Of a stretch of 64,000 nt of DNA, positions 55,030 through 64,000 are shown in pieces. Made by a program: the position numbers and the translations under genes. The DNA comes from Octopus vulgaris (taxonomy: Eukaryota), in assembly GCA_951406725.2 (NCBI GenBank), contig OX597816.1, positions 64,666,001 through 64,730,000 on the forward strand, written 5' to 3'. Within the stretch, counting starts at the first letter, position 1. Each line of letters starts with the position of its first letter. The notes under the pieces were generated by a model. That model was not told the DNA's origin and ran no database searches. It saw only the letters and a list, made by a program, of their open reading frames with translations.

Positions 55030-55032
<3 letters not shown>
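54917..55032 (+). mobile_element. truncated pseudo-LTR-like repeat (3' half of the hammerhead)
   Basis: AAGAGCGTAGGCTCGAAACG.. matches the reverse complement of 37285-37407. Confidence 0.65.
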
Positions 55033-55083
<51 letters not shown>

Positions 55084-55089
<6 letters not shown>

Positions 55090-56328
55090 GTCATCCTATC
55101 AGTTCTGTCCGATTTTACCTTGTATGAAATTGAATCAAATTTAAAAGTATCTTAGAATGTCTAACCGAATCAAAAATTATTTTTATGCATTTGTGTATAT
55201 TTAAACTAATTAAATATTATTTTACGGTATAATAGAATTAAAATTTCTTTGATTAAAACCCTTTCTAATATGGAAGAATTCTAATTACATTTGAGGCATA
55301 TAATGCTTTATAAGTACAAAAAAGGAAACTCTGCGGTTGAAGCGACTCGAAACATACACTCAGTTTATGGGAAAGAATGCTTGAATGAAAGAACTTGAAA
55401 AAGTTTGTTTGGAAAATTCAGAAGTGGAGATTTCAGCTGTGAAGATGAAGATCGAACAGGACATCGAGTTGAGTTTGAGACATTACTTGATGAAAATCCT
55501 GCATTATCGGTTGAAGAATTGGTAATAATGCTTAGTTCACACCATACAACTGTTCATTGTCATCTTCAACAACTTGGGAAGATATCTAAACTTGGAAAAT
55601 GGGTGTCTCATGAATTGTCCGAAAGCAACTGCAAATCCCAAGTTGACATCTGCTCTTCTCTTCATTCTCGCGATCTCATTTCACTCTTTTTGGATAGACT
55701 TATGACTGCTGACGAAAAATGGATCTTCTATCGAAATGTTTAACTTCGTAAACAGTGGAAAAGGGAAAAGGCTCAACTACAACCGAAAAGGGAACTTCAT
55801 GGAAAAAAGATTCTCTCTATCTGGCTGGATTGCAAAGGAGTAATTCCCTTTGAATTGCTACCACCTAATACAGCAATTAATGCTCAAGTCTACTGTCAGC
55901 ATTTAGAGCGTTTGAATCAAGCTTTGAAGGAAAAAAGACCCGCTTTAGTGAATCAAAAAGGAGTGATGTTTCATCAGGACAATGCCCGTCCCCACACCGC
56001 AAATATCACGAAAGATCGAAGAGCTTGGCTGGGAAAAAATTCCTCATCCACCTTATTCTCCCGACCTTGCTCCTTCAGACTACCATTTGTTACGTAGTTT
56101 ACAGAATCATTTGGGGGACATAACTTTCACAAGCCAGGAGGAGGTCGAAACTGACATTCCAGAGTTCTTCGCTTTGAAACCAAAAGAGTTTTACATTAAT
56201 GGGATTAAAAAGCTCGTAAATAGATGGAAGGAAATCATAGATAATCAGGGAAAGAACATCGATGGTTAAATTTGATCACTTGTTTTCTTTATTCAAAATT
56301 CGGACAGATCTTTTGGGATGACCTGATA
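55084..56328 (+). mobile_element. full-length mariner element with both TIRs
   Basis: TA-TCAGGTCATCC..TCTGTCCGA / TCGGACAGA..GGATGACCTGA-TA. Confidence 0.92.
55270..56269 (+). pseudogene. mariner DD34D transposase, disrupted
   Basis: WVSHEL (WVPHEL), TADEKW, HQDNARPH, YSPDLAPSDYHL; stops and frameshifts. Confidence 0.92.
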
Positions 56329-57329
56329 TATATATATATATATATGGGGTGGGGTGCGTATATACATATATATATATTTATATGCAGGTGTCTATGTGTC
56401 TGTGTGTCTCTCATCCACCGTTTGGAAATCGATGTTCTTTTGTTTACGTCACAGAAAGCTAACTGTTGAGCAAAAGATACCGATAGATTACGTACCAGAC
56501 ATGAAAAATAAGTGCCTGGCGGGATTTATTCAACTATGATCCTTGAAACGGTCCCACAATGAATGATACAATTGAAAGATATAAGATATGTATAAAAGCA
56601 GCAGACACAACCCGACGTTGAATTAATATATATGGAACTAAGAATAAAAAATGCTACATAGCAATTATATAAATGTGTGTGACAGTGTGAAGATAGAGCA
56701 ATTATAATCGTTTCACTAGATCTGTGATCAACATATTTTCATAATGGACATAAATGTAGACGTAGATTAATGTAGTGGTTTGGCGTTTAAGTTAACTTAG
56801 TATATAGAGAGAGGTATCACTTCATGTGTGAACTCTGTATGTAGTCTTATTACTTGGGAGTGAATGTAGCACGTATAGATAAGTTTGGTATGAGCCTATA
56901 TAGAGCTACGGAGTGTCTATATATATAAATGTTATATAGAGATGTGAGTGAGAGTTAACATATAACATACTTAGATGGTGAGCTTGTGAATATTCAATAT
57001 ATATACAGAATTAAACCGTAAGCGATGATATAACGCATATATATACATCCTTGACTTGTGTGTGCACATAAAGCCTGTATGCGTGTGGCTTGCTATTGTA
57101 AAATATAGATTTTATATTTTCACATGCAAGTTATATTCTCTTGGAAGAGAAAATAGAAAAACGTTTGTTTAAAATTTATCTAAAACCTTGAAATCTCCCA
57201 GAATAAGCATAGCTAATTATTTCCAAAGCTGTACAGCATTTCAGAATCATTTTCAATGATGTCGTTTTTAAACTCACTTTTAAATAAAATATCTGAATTC
57301 TTTAAATAACCTGCTGAGTGTAATATGAA

Positions 57330-57650
57330 GGCGCGCGGCGTAGTGGTTACGGCATTCGGCTCACGATCGTAAAAGTCAAGAGTTTAATTCCCGCCGACGC
57401 ATTGTGTCCTTGAGAAAGACGTTTGGTTACACGTTACTCTAGTTCACTCAGCTGGCAAAAATGAGTAGTACCTGTATTTCAAAGGGCCGGCCTTGTCACA
57501 CTCTGTGTCACGCTGAATCTCCCTGAGAACTCCGTTAAGCATACACGTGTGCATGGAGTGCTCAACGACTTGCACGTTAATTTCACAAGCAAGCTGTTCC
57601 GTTGATCGTATCAGCTGGGACCCTCGTCGTCCTAATCGACGGAGTTCTCC
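57330..57650 (+). mobile_element. tRNA-derived CORE-like SINE (related to family A head, different body)
   Basis: A box CGGCGTAGTGG, B-box-like GAGTTTAATTCCC, GTGTCCTTGAG..TTCACTCAGCTG. Confidence 0.75.
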
Positions 57651-57809
57651 ATTTAGAACACTGTACGTAATAAAGTGTATATAGAGTACATTATTTACAA
57701 TTGACGATATTTGTCCTCATCTTTTTTGTTCTTAACACATCGTTGGGGAAATTTCGAACCTGGGTTCTCATTCCTAAGGTATTTTCGATGTTGTTATTAC
57801 TATTATTAT

Positions 57810-57885
57810 TCAGGTCCCTGCCTGGAATCGAACTCGGAATCTTGGGGTTAGTAGCCCGCTCTCGTAACGACTACGCCATATGCCC
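57810..57885 (-). promoter_or_regulatory. tRNA-like internal Pol III promoter cassette within the PLE 3' UTR
   Basis: Minus strand GGGCATA-TGGCGTAGTCG (A box)..GGG-CTACTAA-CCC..GAGTTCGATTCC (B box). Confidence 0.7.
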
Positions 57886-58239
57886 AATTATGGAATGAAC
57901 CTTAGGGCTTATAAATCTAATAATTATCAATATCTCCCCGTGTCACAGCTTTGCGACGTTCCTCCACCCTTATTTTGAGGGGGCCGCATTTTTCGCCTTT
58001 GTACAACCTACCACAGCTGCATGGGATGGAGTACACGCAGTTCTTAGCCATATTCTCTTCTTTTGGTTGTTTTACCCAAAGGAGTTACTTGCGAAGTGTT
58101 GTATTACTTTTGAATACTGTCCTGATGTCATATCGGCCGCATATCTTTTGCCTCTGTTCAGAGAGGCCTTTCACAAAGCGTAGACAGACTGTGGACAGTT
58201 TTTCGGCTTCATCCTCTCTTTTCTTCATGATTTCCCCAA

Positions 58240-58285
58240 GACACCTGATGAAGGCTGGAGGGTATATCAGCAGAAACGTTGTGTT
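58240..58285 (+). ncRNA. type-I hammerhead motif in the PLE pseudo-LTR
   Basis: gacac-CTGATGA-a-ggctg gagggtatat cagca-GAAA-cg-TT-gtgtt. Confidence 0.72.
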
Positions 58286-59497
58286 AACAACAAACAAGAT
58301 GAGGACAAATATCCGTCAAATGTAAATAATGTAAATAATGTACATAATTCCTGAACTCTTAAATATAGAATTGTGTATATAGAGTGTATATAGACGAAAA
58401 TTAAGTAGTGTATGTTTCATAGGTTCGTAGTAACGATTTTTCGACAGTGTTTATTACGAAATTGTATCGTTGCTATTTAAATGTAATCTAATACATAATC
58501 CTCATATATTATTTGAATAAATGTAATTTAAATGTATGCATTTAATTGAAATAATGGAAATTAAGCAAATTGCTAAAAAAAAATGTGAATAAGAATATGT
58601 AACGCGTATATAACCATACATACAACACTATTGACGATGGCACAATAGAAAGCTTGCTAAACAGGAGATTATACATTCTTTATAAGCAGAGTAATAATTA
58701 ATTATAAATCTGTTATTGCCAGAACATATTTTTTTTCTGTGCCAGGTTCAAAAACATGTGAGGCCCCTACTTTTCTTCATACGCAATGTAATCATTAAAA
58801 TTCCAACTAAACAACGTATAGCGTATGTGTTGGTGGGAAGGAGTTGGTTTCGTGAATGCAGGTTGAAAACCAAAGAACAACAAGCACTAAAGTAAGCAAA
58901 CAGGCCTCCATAACTGTTAATGGTTACCCAATTCTAACCATCTATCATACAAATAACTATATTAAATATTCACGCAAAACTACTCATTATATTGGCAAAT
59001 AATTGACTGAGAACAAAACGACATCTCTATTCAAAATTTCATTGCTATCATGTTTCTAAAACGTTGTTCGGTTGTTTTATCCTTTTCCACTTGACATTTT
59101 TTTTTCCTTTTATGTTCAAAATATAAGCTGAAATATTCGACTTCATTGTATTATTTCTCCTAATTATGCGGTTTTGAATCTATAATGAGTAATTATAAGT
59201 GGAAGAGTTGTATCTTGCAATGAAATTACCAAGTAATAAAACAAGAAACATTTCATATGACAATACATGCCTGTTAGGCAAATTTAAATTACTCGATCAA
59301 GTTTTGTGCCACATGAGCAGATAATTTTATAGATATAACTGTTTTGTTTATTGAATACTTTTATTAAAAAACGTAGAGCGGCATCTTCTTCGTATTCCTC
59401 TCATTATGCCAACGACATCTATTTCAATACATAGATATCTAAGTCGCAATATACATTCATGCTTACATACACACATACATAAAAACACACACACATA

Positions 59498-59539
<42 letters not shown>

Positions 59540-59699
59540 AATATATATATATATATATACATGCATACATATATTTACAAATATATGTATGAATGTATGT
59601 TTTCATGTGTATATCTGTGTGTAGGTTTGTGTGCTCGTATGTACTTTATAAATGCAGAAGAGTAATCGATACCCGCTTATAATGGTGAAGTGGTGATGG

Positions 59700-59716
59700 T
59701 GCCGGTGTTGGCGGCG

Positions 59717-59792
<76 letters not shown>

Positions 59793-59835
59793 CGGTGGTG
59801 GTGGTGGTGGTAACGGCAGCGGCAGTAGGAGTAGC
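59700..59835. repeat. compound trinucleotide repeat (GCA)n(GTA)n(GTG)n
   Basis: Directly visible. Confidence 0.95.
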
Positions 59836-61723
59836 TATCGGAATATACTTATATACCGTTGCTACGGGCGACAATCAGAGGTTAATCCATACCGAATGTT
59901 CATACTTGTTACATCAACTACATCAACAGGAGATGGAATAGAACTCGTTAATTAGCAGGTGGTTAATTAGAAATATCAAATGCAACAGAAACGTAACTGG
60001 AACGCATTTAAGTTCAATCTAATTACTCGGTCCACATCAGTCGACTGAAGAAAACTACATATCTCGTCAGTTGCTTTGTTCTGACCCATGAACGGTGCTT
60101 GCTAGGTTCTATAACCACAAAAATTAGGGATAAAATCTGACAGGAACGAATGAAAAAATAAAAACTTTTACCATCTAGATTCCTGGAACAATTGGATTCC
60201 TTATGTATTTAAATGTATTTTATGAGTAATACATAGTCTTTGGACTGATTTACCCGCCAACGCGATCACCACATCAGAATATATAAAGGCGGCGAGCTGG
60301 CAGAACTGTACGACTATCCATATATGAATTATGTATAATACTTACCAGACAAACATGCCTATTATTTACATATATATACACATATATCCAGGACCAGCGA
60401 CTTGGAGGAGGTGTTCGCCGTTCCCAGTTCCAAATATTTACCTTCGACACCGATAGAATGACGAGCCCCGCGCCATATGTTGCCAGTGGGGCGAATAGAG
60501 CCACATCACAAATGTGTAAGTATATTGGTTCTGCAAGTACTTCATTCAAGCGATATTTTCTTAACCACCAGTCATCCTTCAGAGTACCATGTATAACACC
60601 TCAAAGATCAAGGGACCCCTTTGTGACATCATGTGGAAATTAATTGATCACCAGGGCCGCGGAGAGAGCCAAAATTCTTGAGAGCTAAAAGAAACCTGAT
60701 ACATTAAATGGCCGTAAAGACGTGTTTGCTAAATGTATCCACTTCAAGCAATACTTACTGGAAAATTGGATCTCCCCGTTTACTGGTTAGGCCTCTTCAA
60801 GTCTATAAGGGTTTTTTTCCCTCTCATTCTGGGGAGATAACTCGTCCTCATTAACGATTTTTTGTTGTTTTGCTAGGTTGTATTCCCCGACTTCTGAGCG
60901 TTTCCTCTTCTCTGCTACGTAGATATTTTAAATTTTGTATTTATATAGAGTTTGAATAGCTGTCCACAAGGATTTGCTTTGTGGACGCGAAACCTTGGGT
61001 AACTCCATGTCCAAGATATAACATTTTTGTTGTGATTATATATATCTCAGTGGTTGGTCAAATACTGTCCACATTATACAATAAATAGTTTAAAGGATTC
61101 ATTTGATGGAGAATTGTCAAACAGTATCTCTCTCACAGTGCAACTGTGTGTCGCACTGTTAATACTTTTACACGTGTGTTCATGTGTTTGTGTGTGAGTG
61201 TGCCTGTGTGTGAGTGTGCCCGTGTGTGATGTATACACCACTGATTAGAAATCAATAATGTTTGAAAATCGATTGTGGTTGCCACCGTTTTTTTTTCAAT
61301 CTACGGATGTTACAGATATTTAGCTACTGCTTCTAGCATGTCCATCATCTACACACCCTCACCGTAAATTATTCCTTTTGGACACGTCTTCTGTCTGTTT
61401 TGGCAGTAATATATCTTATCTTAGTATTGCTGCACAATGTGTCATTCCGATCTTTAACTCTTGAAATAGTTCGTGTTTGCTCTGTTGAAATGGCATAAAA
61501 ATCTGTTGTGTTATACGTTTTCTTTCCACGTTACCTGTGGCTACTCAACTGAATGTTAATACGAGCAGTCCTCTTTCCCCTCCGACTGTCACATCCTTGA
61601 TGTTACCCACAGGCAAGCGAAGGCGAAACCTCTGTTTGTCTATCTCTACTTGTGTCTACATAGACACGTGAAAACAGTTATGAATGTCATAGAGTCATAC
61701 TTACACGCTACGCATACACATTT

Positions 61724-61777
<54 letters not shown>

Positions 61778-61780
61778 AAA

Positions 61781-61822
<42 letters not shown>

Positions 61823-61907
61823 CATATACATACACACACACACACACATATATATGTATATATATCTATCTCTCTCTCTCTATATATATATATATATACG
61901 CACATAT

Positions 61908-62209
61908 ATCTTTGTTCCTTCTCGAGCCAAGCCTGGCTCATAAGGGCCGGTTTCCCGGTTTCCTTGGCCTATAGGTTCGCCATCTGGACGGGACGCCGGT
62001 CCGTTGCAGGTGAGCTGCAAGATGCAGGAGGAAAGAGTGAGAGAAAGTTTTGGCGAAAGAGTAAGCAGAAGTTCGCCATTACCTTCTGCCGGAGCAGCGT
62101 GGAGATTAAGTGTTTTGCCCATAAACACACACATCGCCTGGCCTGAGATTCGAACCCGCGATCTCTAGAGCGCGAGTTCGCTACTCTTACCACTAGGCCA
62201 AGTGCCTCC
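61908..62209 (-). mobile_element. tRNA-derived SINE family D
   Basis: Minus-strand A box TGGCCTAGTGG, B box GGTTCGAATCTC, CORE-like TTATGGGCAAAACACTTAA, tail GAAACCGG..ATGAGCCAGGCTTGGCTCG. Confidence 0.8.
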
Positions 62210-62735
62210 ACTATGCACATATATACCCTAACATATATAATGATACACACACACAGGCACTTGTAAAATGTTATGTTAATGGGAAGTAACTTAGATGAGA
62301 GAAAGAGAATTGGAGATGGAAATAGACAATATTGTACATACATTGTTTTTTGTATTGTTCTTCTCTCCAGGGAAGCTCAGCAACGTGGGAAAATCTATTG
62401 AGAAACATTGATCTATTATTCATACATCCTATCGCATACTTTACATTATTATAACATTACAGCTGAAAAGGAATCATTATTATGGCATTATTCTATCATA
62501 AGATATGCATAATCACACAGCTGCAAAGTTAATGATATAACAGAAACTAATTATCCTATCATGCGTTCGTTGAGACTAATTGTAAATGACTCTTCTTCCC
62601 TGCTTCAATAAAATTCCAGTAAGATGATTCCCAAATTGTTGAGTTGAAATAGCATTATGTAGAAGCCATATTTGATGCGAGTGTCACTTTCCTAACAATC
62701 TCACCCGTCTACCTCTCGCTACCAATCCACATTTT

Positions 62736-62828
<93 letters not shown>

Positions 62829-63137
62829 CATATATACCTTTGTATATATACAAACACATAGACACTCATTTATTCATCCAGGCATATACATGTGTCTGCA
62901 TGTATGCGTAAACATTCGTATGTTTGTTCATACATCCAAACACGAACACACAAACACACCTCTATGCATCTTTATATGGAGGTTATGACGCTACATAATC
63001 ATTGCGTAATTGATTGACACACGTGCAGCTATGTGGTGGTGAGTTAGAATGTCAAATTACCGACATAGGTTCAATAAACTTATGTTGGCAGCTGTTCTGC
63101 ACATAAAGAGTTACAACGGTAAGGATACAGTGAGTCT

Positions 63138-63207
<70 letters not shown>

Positions 63208-63447
63208 AACACATAAGGAATCTACTTGTGGGATTCAACACGCTAGAAAGAACAGCTAGGTTCTATAACCACAAAAAGTAGGGATAAAATCCGACAGGTA
63301 CAAAATGAAAAAATAAAAACTTTTACCATCTAGATTCCTGAACCAATTGGATTCCTTGTGTGTTTAAATGCACACTGTATTTAATGAGTAATACATAGTT
63401 TTGGACTGATTTAGAGCCAAAGCGATCTACACGACAGAATATATAAA

Positions 63448-64000
63448 GGCGGCGAGCTGGCAGAAATGTTAGCACGCTGGGTGAAATGCTCAGCGGTATT
63501 TCGTCTGCGTTACGTTTTGAGTTTAAATTCCGCCGAGATAGACTTTGCCTTTCATCCTTTCGGGGTCGATAAATTAGGTACCAGTTACGCACTGGGGTCG
63601 ATGTAATCGATTTAATACCTATGTCTGTCCTTGTTTGTCCTTTCTGTGTGTAGCCCCTTGTGTATAGTAAAGAAATAGGTATTTCGTCTGCCGTTACGTT
63701 CTGAGTTCATATTCCGCCGAGGTAAACTTTGCCTTTCATCCTTTCGGGGCCGATAAATTAAGTACCAGTTACGCACTGGGGTCGATGTAATCGACTTAAT
63801 ACCTATGTCTGTCCTTGTTTGTCCTTTCTGTGTGTAGCCCCTTGTGTATAGTAAAGAAATAGGTATTTCGTCTGCCGTTACGTTCTGAGTTCATATTCCG
63901 CCGAGGTCGACTCTGCCTTTCATCCTTTCGGGGTCGATAAATTAAGCACCAGTTACGCACTGGGGTCGGTGTAATCGACATAATCCCTTTGTCTGACCTT
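63448..64000 (+). mobile_element. SINE family B, head-to-tail multimer (at least 3 units, 184-bp period; runs off the window)
   Basis: GGTATTTCGTCTG recurs at 63678 and 63862 after AAAGAAATA. Confidence 0.9.

Larger units (their letters stand above)
57688..58372 (-). mobile_element. truncated Penelope/Poseidon-type PLE with inverted pseudo-LTR and 13-bp TSD
   Basis: Minus strand LRFVKGLSEQ..IRTVFKSNTTLR..NCVYSIPCSCGRLYKGE..LKIRVEERRK; terminal inverted repeats; TSD GTGTATATAGAGT at 57675-57687 and 58373-58385. Confidence 0.88.

Noticed and set aside
60960-61100. RT-like GVTQG peptide on the minus strand
   Set aside because: No flanking RT motifs could be recovered

Overview
AT-rich, microsatellite-saturated eukaryotic intergenic or intronic DNA. 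The SINE families suggest a cephalopod (Octopus-like) genome; this is inference from memory of repeat families, not a search result. No host protein-coding exon could be supported. Almost all listed ORFs are translations of (TA)n/(CA)n repeats or of SINEs. Real coding remnants are all transposon-derived: a near-complete Neptune-type Penelope-like element (PLE; RT + GIY-YIG), two further PLE GIY-YIG families, two R4/Dong-type LINEs, a CR1-clade RT, and several Tc1/mariner/maT transposases. There is also a non-autonomous Helitron and at least four tRNA-derived SINE families. The main unexplained signal is RNA-level. About 14 type-I hammerhead-ribozyme-like motifs from about 7 families can be read directly; most have a tiny palindromic helix III and many have variant cores. 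Two families lie in non-coding tandem units (about 558 bp at 3421-5081 and about 361 bp at 38888-39553) inserted in (TA)n as head-to-head fold-backs, the same geometry as true PLE copies in the window. These are candidate PLE-mobilised retrozymes/circular RNAs. In the 558-bp element the fold-back junction falls 3 nt from the predicted self-cleavage site. One PLE family also carries a tRNA-like Pol III cassette just upstream of its ribozyme repeat.
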